Positions 13,201 through 24,845 of a DNA stretch of 64,000 bases are shown here, in pieces. This stretch comes from Raja brachyura. Its lineage: Eukaryota. The notes under the pieces were generated by a model, which saw only the letters and a list, made by a program, of their open reading frames with translations, was not told where the DNA came from and did not search any database. Numbering within the stretch: the stretch's first letter is position 1; every line of letters begins with the position of its first letter. Where the stretch lies: the NCBI GenBank assembly GCA_963514005.1, contig OY740781.1, forward strand, positions 176,514,001-176,578,000. Reading direction: 5' to 3'. The position numbers and the translations under genes are program-made.

Positions 13201-13989
13201 GTCCTCTGGTTAGCCCTATCTCAACATCTCTCAAAACCATCCTTCAAAAAGAAATTACAGACACCTCCCACATTCAACTGTTATTATCTTTCTTAAATGT
13301 TGGAATGCATTGGTCATCATTTAAGATGCATCCATAAATGCACAGGTAAATATCAAAATCTGGTCGTTGCAGTAGCTCGTTGCCCAGAGGTTTTGCTCAA
13401 ACAATACTTGATTTAAAAACGGCAGGAACAAAAACCAAACAATCAAAGGACATCCATTTTCATCTGCCCTTTTTGTGATGCGGAAAAAAATCTAACCATC
13501 AAATGGAGCACCGTCCATCTCACAGTGGATGAACTTAGTTTTACCTTTGATTATTCCTAAATCACATCCTTTACATGGACCACATTGAGAAGATAAAAAA
13601 ATTAAATCAATGTCCAAAATATCATTTGTAAGATTACAAACTCAAAATGTGAAGTAAACCCAAACAATTAATTCTCTATGCTCACCACATCTTACCCAGA
13701 ATCAAATATGTTAGCCTGACATAGGACTACTCTGTCCATGCAAATAAAATAATTGAAATTATCATCACAGGGTGCCTTGAGCCAATGAACGTCAGCAGCT
13801 TGTATATCCTCACTGGAATGGTACCATCAGGTCTCTTAAGTGTTGCGACCAGCCAAGAAAAAGGAAAATGACAACCTGAGGATGCTGGGCGTCTTCTACA
13901 TCGTCAGACAGCAAGCTTTATGATGGTGATTTGGGACAGTCACATTTTACAAGCCTACTCCGTGGCGTCAGCATGATTACTGTAGTGAC

Positions 13990-14190
13990 CAAGCAGTTTC
14001 CAGTGGGGAAAGAGGAGGATGAACCACACAGACCCCTGGAGCTCCTGGTTGCACCTCTTCCACCTCTATACTGACCTGTCTGTCCTTTGTCCCCCCCTCT
14101 GCCAGGTAAGGCCAAATACAAATCTGAGGAACACACCTCATATTCTGCCTCGGTAGTCTGTAACTAGCACCAGCATTGAATGTTTTCAAT
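13990..14190 (+). mobile_element. Penelope-like element, GIY-YIG C-terminal remnant
   Basis: gaggaacacacctcatattctgcctcggtagtctg resembles EEQHLIFRLGSL; a pyrimidine-rich pseudo-LTR follows to about 14860. Confidence 0.6.
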
Positions 14191-14363
14191 TGAGGTATCC
14201 TGCTGCCCCCTCTGCCCTCATTTCACACCTTGTGATCAACAATGGTCCTTTTCTACAATCCTCCCCCCCCCCCCTCCCAGTCTACAATACCCTTTTTCTT
14301 CCCAAATCTCTCACCGCCTTTCCAAATGCTCATCACCCACACTATCTCAAACCTCCCGTATCT

Positions 14364-14520
14364 GAGTTAGATAGAGCTCTAGGGGCTAATGGAGTCAAGG
14401 GATATGGGGAGAAGGCAGGCATGGGTTATTGATAGGGAACTATCAGCCATGATCACAATGAATGGCGGTGCTGGCTCAAAGGGCCGAATGGCCTCCTCCT
14501 GCACCTATTTTCTATGTTTC
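14364..14520 (+). mobile_element. CR1 3' end fragment
   Basis: ELDRALGANGVKGYGEKAGMGY and the 3' UTR shared with other copies. Confidence 0.85.
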
Positions 14521-14914
14521 CCCACTCCCCACAGGCCCACTGTTCCCATTTGTCCACCATCTCACCCTATTTGTTCCACTCTTCTTTTCAGATTCCATAA
14601 TCGGCAACCCTGTATTGGTCTCCTCATGCCCTCCCAGCATCTCTCGCTATCTCCATCCATCCCCGTTACCTGACTCCATCAGCCAATCAACCCCTCCTCA
14701 CTTGCATCCACTTGGCACCTCTCGCTCCATCTCTTCTGCCTTCTTCTTTCTACCAGCTACCTCCCCTCTATTTGTACAGTTAACATAAAGAGTCTCAACA
14801 AGAAATTTACCGTCCACTTCCCTCACCTGCTGGGATCTGTTATCAATTTGTTTTTTTGCTCTCTGAGCACACTGCAATATCAAATCTTACAACTTCAGGT
14901 AATTCTTTCTCTAG

Positions 14915-15105
14915 AATAGACAATAGATGCAGGAGTAGGCCATTCGGCCCTTCGTGCCAGCACCGCCATTCAATGTGATCATGGCTGATCATCCCCAATC
15001 AGTACCCCGTTCCTGCCATCTCCCCATATCCCCCGACTCCGCTATTTTTAAGAGCCCTATCTAGCTCGCTCTTGAAAGCATCCAGAGAACCTGCCTCCAC
15101 CGCCA
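14915..15105 (-). mobile_element. CR1 3' end fragment
   Basis: Nearly identical to 505-695. Confidence 0.88.
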
Positions 15106-15270
15106 CCTGCATGCAAAAGGTCTTGGCGATGCTGCTTGACATATTGAGTTACTTCAGCACTTTGTGGCTTTTTTTTTGTAAACCAGATTCTGCAGTCCTT
15201 GTGTCTCCTTTTTACTGATCTAATGGTTCTGTTGTTCTCTCCCCATTGGCAGAGTCTAACCTGTAGAGCA

Positions 15271-15324
15271 GGGGTGGGAGATTGCAACCTTCACGTGGTC
15301 CGCCCTGTTTCGACGAATGCAATC
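15271..15324 (+). ncRNA. Predicted minimal HDV-like self-cleaving ribozyme, copy 1 (intact fold)
   Basis: P1 GGGGUGG/CCGCCCU with G1-U wobble, P2 GAUUGCA/UGCAAUC, P3 ACC/GGU, L3 UUCACGU, 7-nt linker GUUUCGA in place of P4, J4/2 CGAA with putative catalytic C at 15314. Confidence 0.82.
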
Positions 15325-15338
15325 AACCCGGCGTGCAC
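15271..15338 (+). mobile_element. Ribozyme-headed short retroelement, 3'-shortened copy
   Basis: Matches the first ~68 nt of the copies at 34968 and 38665. Flanked by ctgtagagca (15261-70) and ctgtacagca (15339-48), a 10-bp TSD with one mismatch. Confidence 0.8.
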
Positions 15339-15479
15339 CTGTACAGCACATCCCGCAGCCTTGAATTTTTTTACCTTACTTTCTTTTGTGTCTTTGCTGT
15401 CCAACCCCCCCCCACCCCCGCCCCCCTCCTCGCCGTTCCACAGCTTTTCTGAAAAATGGGCCATATTCTCCCACCCTAA

Positions 15480-15960
15480 CCAGCCCCATTGACAAGATGG
15501 CCTCATTTTCAGCTTATCCACAGAACAACCCTAGCCTCATCCCATCCTCTCTTTCCTGTCCATCTCTCCTCGCCCTCCCCTTTAGCTTGATCCTAACTTG
15601 TTTTCTCTTTCTCAGTTCTGACGAAGGGTCTTTGACCCAAAAATGTGTTTCCATTTCCAAAAACGCTAAATGACCAGCTGAATGTTTTCAGGATACATAA
15701 AAGACTGGAGAAACTCAGCGGGTGCAGCAGCATCTAAGGAGCAAAGGAGATAGGCGACGTTTCGGGTCGAGACCCTTCTTCCTTCCCGCTCCACCCCTTG
15801 CCCGGGCACTTTCCCTTGCAACCGCAAGAGATGCTACACTTGTCCCTTCACCTCCCCCATCCACTCCTTTCAGGGACCCAAGCAGTCCTTCCAGGTCCGA
15901 CAGAGGTTCACCTGCACCTCCTCCAACCTCATCTACTGCATCCGTTGCTCCAGATGCCAG
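15480..15960. mobile_element. Penelope-like fragments: pseudo-LTR (+), inverted pseudo-LTR (15691-15782, -) and GIY-YIG N-terminal coding piece (15783-15960, +)
   Basis: TFPCNRKRCYTC...QRFTCTSSNLIYCIRCSRC on plus. The pLTR motif gaagaagggtctcgacccgaaacgtc is on minus. Confidence 0.78.
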
Positions 15961-17134
15961 AATCTTTAACAGAATGGTTCCAGGAGTTTGTTTTACTTCA
16001 GACTTACAGCATCCAAAGCTTTTTGATTATCATTCATTGGTTGCTGACTGCAAAATTCAGTTGTGATGATTTGCCATATTCAGTTTTCCTTCCTCCACAT
16101 TCCATTCTTTTGTCTCATCAAAAATCACCATGCAATTTCCTTTCTAACACACTTTTTCCAAATTCTTAAACCTCTTCCTTCTACCCCTCCTTTCCCTCAC
16201 TACCGGCCTAGTCAACATAAACCAAATTAGTGGTTGAAATGACCATACAATTAAAATCTGACCTGAATCGAACCACTTAACATTTTTCTATACTTGAATC
16301 AACACAGAAGGGTTTGCAGAACAGTAAACTCAAACATTGACACTGACACTGTTAGATGATACCCATGCCTAAAAGGCCACAGTGAAGTCCCTTGTTCATC
16401 TTGCATGGGCAGGTGTCACAATTTGATCATAGTGAACCTGAATTTGACACATGGGAGAATGCTTTTTAATCTCAGTAGCGTTCACCATCAACTCCCTGGC
16501 TGCATATTACCACCCGAGTATGATACCGAGGCAAATTTGAAACAACACCGAATGATCACGGCACATCCTCGAATGTGGTTCAGTCTACTACATTCCCTTG
16601 TCAAATATCACACTTTTCTAGCAGAAGCCAAAACTTGACACCACCAACCAGAAAATGAATTCCAAGCTCGGGGTAATGATCCATGTTAAATCCTAGCAAG
16701 CAGTTGCAATGCAGAATTTTGAAGTGGGAAATCAGTGAAATGTGGACTTTCAAAATGCAAGAAAATATTATTTATTTTCATAATTAGCAGACTAGGATCT
16801 CCAATAACTTCCAAACCAAAAAAAAAATGCTTACATTAGGTCCCTTCATCCAAGTCATTGATTATAAATTGTGAAATGCTGGCAACACACCACAGTGCCC
16901 TTCAGTACCCAGCTAGTTACTAGCCAGCAACGAAAAAATGATTTGCTTTGCTTTTTCTGTTCATCAACCTGGTCTTCAGTGTATTCCAATGTATTGTGCC
17001 AAAAACCATGTGCTTCACGTGTTTAATAATCCTTTTATGCAAATTTTATTTAAATTAATTGCAAAAGTATTTGAGTACAATAAAAGTTCAACAGATTTAT
17101 TCTGAGGATTGTGGATGGGGGGGGGGGGGGGGGA

Positions 17135-17545
17135 AATTGAGCAGATTGGGCTTGCATGCTCCTGAATTCAAAACAATGAGAGGTGATCTCATTGAAACAT
17201 ACAACATTTTATGGAATTTGACATAACATATGTCAAAACAATGTTTCCCCTGTCAGGGGTGTCTAGACCAGAGATTAGAGTTTTAAAAGTAAGAATCGGG
17301 CATTACAAAACAGAGATTAATAGGAATCTATTTACTAAGAGGGAAGTGAATCTTTGGAATTCTCCGTCCAAGAGGGATGCAGAGACAGTCTCTCTGCACA
17401 CAAGGAAGACATTTTGGATATTCAGGAAATCAAGGAATATGGAAAATGCAGAAAATTAGAACAGGGATAAAAGATAAGCTGCAATCTTAATCAATGGTGG
17501 AGTGGGCATAAGGGTTGAATGACCAATTCCTAGTCTGTTTCTTCT
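17135..17545 (+). mobile_element. Old CR1 3' fragment
   Basis: atgagaggtgatctcattgaaacatac (MRGDLIETY) and EVNLWNSP. Confidence 0.75.
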
Positions 17546-20500
17546 GTCCTCACATCATCCACTTGTCCCATGTCCAGGCAACATTACTCATCCAATTCCT
17601 TACTGAGCATCACACCCATGGGGTCAAGTTAAAACAGCCTCTCATGAATAAGCTTTCTAAACCCAAGCAACCTCCCCCATCTATCCTCCTGCCTAATTTC
17701 ATACAACCACTAACACACTGTCAAATTAACAACCAAAAATAACTCTCATTCCTGGTTCAGTTCTTCCTTTTCCTGGTTAAATGTTTATCTTAAGTATCCA
17801 CCACTTGATAACCTGGAGCCAAACTAATCTAGCTGAAGTATTGTGCCAGGCTGGTAAGCATGACTTTGTCTGAATAATTTGGCAGAAGATGAACCCAATG
17901 CAGCCATAATCCTAACTCAACATGTGCCACTGAGTTTAGGTCAGGTAGTGGCTTTATACCACTTGTAAATGATCAGAAATATCCATCTAAACTCACAACC
18001 AACGTCATACCAATAAACCCATTGAAAATAGTAAGGTTGAAATAATGGAGAGTCCCATCAATAGACAAATCTAATTTTAAACAGCAAAACAAATTACATT
18101 TTGAAATGTCTTTAAATAAGATCATTTCTGAGAATTCAAAATAATACAGTTCACTTACTTCATGCCAATTAACTCATTATGGAAAATTTGATATCATTCC
18201 AGAAACAAAATCCACTGACTGTTCAGTAGTTGGGGAAAATGTGTACATAAAAAATAAACAGAAGGATTTTGTTTTTTTGGAGCAATGTCCTGGGTACATA
18301 CGTGAGGCAAGTAATATGATCTTTCTTTGAAACATACAATGCACTTGAACAATCTGGAGTTTAATGATACCCATTTGGATTAGTTATACATGAAACTAAT
18401 AGTACTTTGGTGAAAAATGGTTTACTAGCTTCTGATTGGTGTAATTTTTATCTGAGCTCCAATGTATAGGATCAAATTCCATTAGTAATGTTGTGAAAAT
18501 CTGTGAAAACACAACATGTTGATGCAAATTCATCCTTAAGTAAATGTTGAATTAATTGGCAGCAATTATTTTTTGAAATATTGAATACATTTGCAAATCT
18601 CACCATGGAAATAAATATACTGTGATTTTCTCACTCCTGTTCCAAAATATTTTATTTGGATTAACTGCAAACTTAGATTAAATCAACTTCAGAAAAAAAA
18701 AATTGACATGTGCTCACTGGCTACTTTAACAGGCAATTTTTTAAGCTCTTGATACATGCAAAAAACACTTTTGGGCATTAAGATTATGCATTCAGCGAGA
18801 CACAATTTTAATAAAGTGCCAATTTTGGTCAATAAAGCTTATTTTTAGCATTTACTTCTGACACCAGCTCAAAACATTGCCTGAGATTACAAAGTTTTTG
18901 AACTAAAATTAGGAATTGGCAATAATGGTTACTGGGAACCATACGCATGTCAAGCCATTTTCTTGTAATCTATGTTTTATTTCTCCATTGGAACCAATGA
19001 AGTTTCAAATGTTTTATATCCCCTGAAAATGTTTACTCTGATCAAAATCTATATAAGTGCATGTTGTATGCTTAAACTGATTGCAAAGAGCAATAGTGTT
19101 TAGTGCGCTTTTAGTTTCAAAGTAAGGTCTAGTCTAATTGGGTCCTGATTATTATGCCTATTTGGGTGAACTAGTCTGCTTTTTAAAATTATCCAGTTTC
19201 CCTGAGAAAACAGCAAAAATGTTGCCTGCAAATAAACTCCTGTTGGGTGCTGTTGATTGGAAATGTCAACCTTCCAAAAAAGACCGAAAAAAGAATGACA
19301 CATGCTGTGTTAATTATGGCTTGACCCTTAAAATGAAATATTCATATTTCCTGATTTGAACTTATTTTTAAGTGTACCCATCAACTTGGGAAAATGCTAA
19401 CAATGTTGTGAAAGAGCATGAACATTCAAATGCAGGTCCTAGACTAATTAGTCTTCTTAGTAAATAACAGCAAACAAAATTTACACCTTCTACATGTGAA
19501 CGTGAAAGATTATAGAAAAATCTTTGTTGTTTTATAGTAACTGCGAGAAGGAATTCTGACTTTTTCAAAAATCCTAACGTTTCTACATCAGCTCTCCATT
19601 TTATAAAGTGAAGGTAAATTGTCAAGCAGAAAGTCCCCACAGTCTGACCTGTTATTAGCACTACTCTATTAAACCTAATTTTTGTGGCTGCCAAGCAGAA
19701 AAACAGGAAGTAATCATGGTCTGTAAAAACTTGCAATTGTTTCCCCACCAGGGCCCTTCTTACTAACATAATGTGAGGCAATACATTCCAAACCTATTAA
19801 AATGTAGACCTTGCCGGACATGCTCACTCTAGCTGCAGCCTTCCAGCTGTCTGTCTGCTATAATATATCCCAGCTGTCAATCCTGAAGGAAACCAGTCAG
19901 TTAGACCAGAAACAATTTAATCCAGAATGTTACAGATTTCTCCAGAATTACAAATACATAGATAGTATTATTTGGATGGGCTGAATCAAATCTAGCTGGA
20001 TGGTCAGGAACAAAAGAATTGTAATCAACAGTTTGTTTATGGAACTTTCGAGTAAGACAACATTAATATTTAATCTCAAGGGTGTTTACAATCACTGGGA
20101 ATGAAAATATAAAGGGTAAAAATCAATTCATATCAATTGGAATTTCATCTTTTGAAATGCAAAACACTGCAGAGCACATTAAAGATACAAAAAAAAATGC
20201 CATCTTCAACATGTAATCATTTTCTATAAAAAAGAACATGGACAAATTGTGTAAAGCACTGATTGAAAGTACTATTTAAGCATTTTGAATGCAAAATTGT
20301 AGATCTTGTGTCGCAAATGGAACTGTGCATCATAAATATAGAAATGTTAATGGCTTTTAACAGAGTTTACCTTGTCATGGCAGCTACGATGTCCAAGTTA
20401 TTTTTGATGAGCAAGATAACTTATTTTTGTTTGAAGTACAACCATCCATTAAGTGTGTAAAGTAGTAACAAAGCCTAACACACCCCAGTTCTTTCTTACC

Positions 20501-21547
20501 ATTTTGGTTTAAAGTTTATTTTTCTGCCCCATGCTTCAGAACTTGCAGCCATCTGGACAGCACTGATCCTGTAATTGTTTATATAAATTCTACAAAGATT
20601 TCAGTAACCTCTATGATAGTAAGTATGATGAATTTACAACTCATTGACATTGTTTTCTAAATACTTGATTTCTATCTTTACTCTGGAGACTGCAACCTCA
20701 ATTCCATGTCCACCTGCCCAACAAAAGGAAATTATCTTAATTTCTCTGTTGATGATAATTTCTAGAAGAATAAAGATGCATCATGGTAAGTGGATGATTT
20801 TGGACTTCCGATCACTTTGATATAATGTGTAAAATTGCAAAATTAAATCTTTTGTTTACGCATACATCACACCCAAAATCTTCATACCCGACTCCAAGAA
20901 CCATGCGACACACTTCCATCAATTGCAGCATTTAAACCTTTAATTATTTTTGATAATATGATACAACTGTACTGTATCCAGAGCTCTATACTTGAGACCT
21001 GGGATCTCGAGTCTCACGATTGTTGCTTGAGAATTTAAATTGAAGTAAATAAATTAATTTGGAATTAAAAATAAAGTATCAATAATGAAAAACACAAAAT
21101 TGCCAGATATTCATAACAATCCATAATAATCAATGTGCCTCAGATTAGAAAAAGTGCAATTCTTTGTCATGTCTGGCCAATAAATATGACTTCAGACCAA
21201 TGTGGCTGATTTTAACTTCTCTCTTAAGTCATCTAACAAGGTACTGAATTCAGGACCAGGTAGAAATTGACAATAAATATTAGGGCTGCTAGTGACATGC
21301 ACATTTCATACAGGAATTAAGTCAAAAATAGAAATCCCATTAAAGTATTAAGATCTCAAACCTTGCAAAAGAAAAACTGACTTACTACCATTCTTACTTT
21401 CCCTTGTGGAGATTTAAGAACGAGAATCAGTGTACAATATGTCCTGCATTACTATGCCTATCCATTTAGCAGTATGTCTGCACAGACATATCTCCTGATG
21501 GCTAACCATATCTCCTATATAAACTATATCTCCTGGTGGCTAACCTC

Positions 21548-22005
21548 TTGGAAAAGCACCTCATATTCCAATTTGAAAGCTTACAACCCAATGTTTTGAA
21601 CACTGAAGTCTCAAATTTAGGTAACTATAACCCCACCCCCCCTCCTTCCCCCACAGAACACCCTCGCCTCCCTTCCCCACAGAACTCCCCCTTATCCCAC
21701 CACTTTCTCCCGTGGCCCAACTGGACGCATCTATTTGTCCGCACCCCTCCACCTAATTCCTTCTCGCTTCACAATTTGCAACTTCAAACTTTTAGTCTCA
21801 CAACTTCTGTCTTTTCATCTCTGGCCTTTATCCAACCATCTGCCTCTCAAAAACCTGTCTCACTTGCATCCACCCATTATTTGTCAGGCTTTGGCCTACT
21901 CCACCTCTCCCCATCCCATCAGTATGAAGAAGGGTCCCAACCCAAAACGTTACTCATCCATGTTTTCCAGGGATGCCAAGTCACTCCAGCACTGTCTTTT
22001 TTAAT
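21548..22005 (+). mobile_element. Penelope-like 3' end and pseudo-LTR
   Basis: LEKHLIFQFESLQPNVLN, then a pyrimidine-rich tract and the decayed motif tgaagaagggtcccaacccaaaacgt. Confidence 0.72.
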
Positions 22006-24584
22006 TTAAGGAGATACTGTGTCTGACAATCATACTATGAAGAAGTTTTTGTTAAATACATGCTTCTCTGTTTCATTCTGTATAAGTGATCATCTCAATA
22101 CTAATTGTGGATGATCAGCCATGATCACAGTGAATGGCGGTGTTGGCTCGAAGGGCCGAATGCACCTATTGTCTATAATGTTCTGCAATGCAATGAAGAG
22201 GAAATAATTCTGCCTTAAAAATAATAAAGCAACATTAATGCAAATAGTTCCCTTTTAAATTTAAAGAATCTTATAATTTAATGCATATGACGATCAAAAA
22301 GGTTTGCTTTAGAATTTTAAATTACGAGGGAAAAAGCTGTCAGCTTAATCTTAAAGTCCTTACAAGGAAACTTGATTCCGATCAGCACTCAAGCCTGTTT
22401 CAGCTAAACCTCAACTGGTTTGAAAAGCAGTAGCCAATTTCCTGTAATTAATCTAATGTTGCTGATTACGGATTAACAATTGAGCAAATAGTTCACAAGC
22501 TCATTATCCAAGAATCGGTGATTGCAACCAAATGTTCTTAAGTTTTCCCTTTTTTATTCTGTAGAAATGGCATTATCAACAAAACTGACCAAGTACTTCT
22601 CAAGACACCAACACAGATCGGTAAATAAATGGGTGTGAAAAAGAGTTATTGAGTTCAGGAATGCAATTTCCAAAATGTGGTCCAAACTATTTTTCTGTTT
22701 TTCTTTGTGGTCCTATAGACATACATTTATTTGTTTTATTCCAATCTGTAATATGTGTATTTTCCTTCTCTGAAAAAAAGGTATCTCTTGACTTTGTTAA
22801 AACATGCACTTGGTTTACAAAAGTATAATAAGACTGTAGCATTGGTATTAAGTTCATACATTTTATATCGGAAGGTTGTCTTGAAGTGAATATCAAAACC
22901 CACAAGGAAATAATAATGTTTCCTAGAACCTAGCCTTTCAGTCTCACTGTTTCCAATAGAAAACCCATTAAACTGCAATTTGAAAAGCACTACATTGCTT
23001 CAAAGCCTATTAATGGAGTCTTTTGGATTAAATACAATTATGTTTCAACTAGTAACTTGTCTGTTTAGCACTAACAGATTAGTAAAACAGTACATTCTTC
23101 AGAAATCAAACTTTATTCACATATAAAAGAGTTCTGATTAATTGAATTAATGCAATCAGCAGAATGAATTTGCATTGACATTCACAATCTGCCTTCTTTT
23201 AGCTTAACCATCCAGTCATGTGCAGCAAAAAATAAATACCTTCATTATGAAAAAGAGCACATAAGTGGCATAATGGGGCCAGAGCTAGGGGGAAGGAACA
23301 GGAAGCCCCAGCTGGAACCGAAACTACAAGGTACTGAGCTTACATCACTAATCGTCCCTATCGTCACAGTATCAGCAGTCGCCTGGGATTGGGGCAAAAT
23401 AATTCTTTAAGTAAAAATAAACACTGCTAAAATATCTGTTCCCTTTTACTTTTTCATCTATTATCTTTAGGTTTACCAACATTGTCATTGAGGAGGGTGA
23501 GAGAAAAACTAAATAAGATAATTGATTTTTTACAATATTTGCAACAATAAACTCCTGGAGGCATCTAACAATGAAGCTGTTATAGAGACCTAACTAGATA
23601 CATGGACCACCAAACTGGGGAGTGTCAGATTATCTTTCAATCAATATTTTAGACATACGGCTAAGCAGCCTTTGAAGTTCAATGTGTCTAAAACCCAATA
23701 ATCCAGCTCTGATTAAAAAACAAATCATAGGTGCACCACTCAAGTTTTTCACTATTTTGATAATCATTCCCAGTAGTTGGGCACTGCTGACAAGGCAGGT
23801 AGATCTTGACTAAATTTAGTCCCACTAGGGAAGTTAATGGTGGGCTTTCATCTTGAACCACTACAATCAATGTTCAAGATATTTGTAGAACGTTATAAAT
23901 GCAATGAGCATACCAATATCAGAATCAGTGTTTCGCAAATGTGGAGCTCCCTTACCACATAATGGAGTTAGTTTGACACTTCGCTTCAATGGCTAAACAA
24001 AACTTGGCTTTGTAAAAATAATATGTTATATTAAACAGAAAATTACACAATTTAACCCTATTCTGCAAGAGTCTTATAATGTCAGAGTAAAGATCATTTA
24101 AAGAAGTGCAAATCATAGAATTAGACTATGAAATTAGACTATAAAGACTGTTCCTTTGGATGTTTTGTAAACTGCCATGTTAAAAATAATTGTTTAACAC
24201 ACGTCTCAAGTTGCCTCGTGTTATACTCATTTATTTCATTTGAAAATTATGTCAAATTATGAATGGCAGCTGATTCTCATAATGGAACGTATAGAGAATA
24301 CTTTTGTTTACAATAGATTTTACTACAGCCGGTCTCAGGAGGCTAGTCTACCAATTTAAAATAGTAAGATTAAACGAGAACTTACCAGTTTGAAGTTTGA
24401 TCTTTATTTTATGAGGAGTTGCGATGAGGGATTTCGTGAAGAACCCGCCAGCACGCATGCGCGACATACTTCAAAGCAGCGGTGTGGAATCACAGAACCA
24501 AGACCAAGAAATGACTTGTTATAGTAAGACTGAAGAGACTCTAGTTACCAGTTGACTTTATGATCGAGGGTTGGGAGCGGAGGG

Positions 24585-24697
24585 CACGAAATCCCTCATC
24601 GCAACTCCTCATAAAATAAAGATCAAACTTCAAACTGGTAAGTTCTCGTTTAATCTTACTATTTCATTTCGGAGTCACGTGAGTGACTTCGTGAAGA
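24585..24697. repeat. DIRS internal complementary region (ICR)
   Basis: 24585-24664 is the exact reverse complement of 24359-24438 (80 bp). 24661-24697 is the exact reverse complement of 29683-29719 (37 bp). The halves overlap at ATTT. Confidence 0.95.
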
Positions 24698-24845
24698 CTT
24701 CAAAGCTTCTGTGATTTCACGCCCTGGACAACGTCCATGCTATCACACACGCTACTGAAAGGATGGACAGGAGTAACCAATTTCCGAAGCTACTATTCTG
24801 AAAAATAATAATATTTATTAATAACAACAACAAAGAAAAAACCCC

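Noticed and set aside
15270-15285. Reading the GGGGTGGG start of the ribozyme repeat as a hAT TIR like CAGGGGTGGGGAACC
   Set aside because: No inverted partner at the other end, variable TSD lengths and a (GAA)n tail point to retrotransposition; the preceding CA belongs to the TSD.
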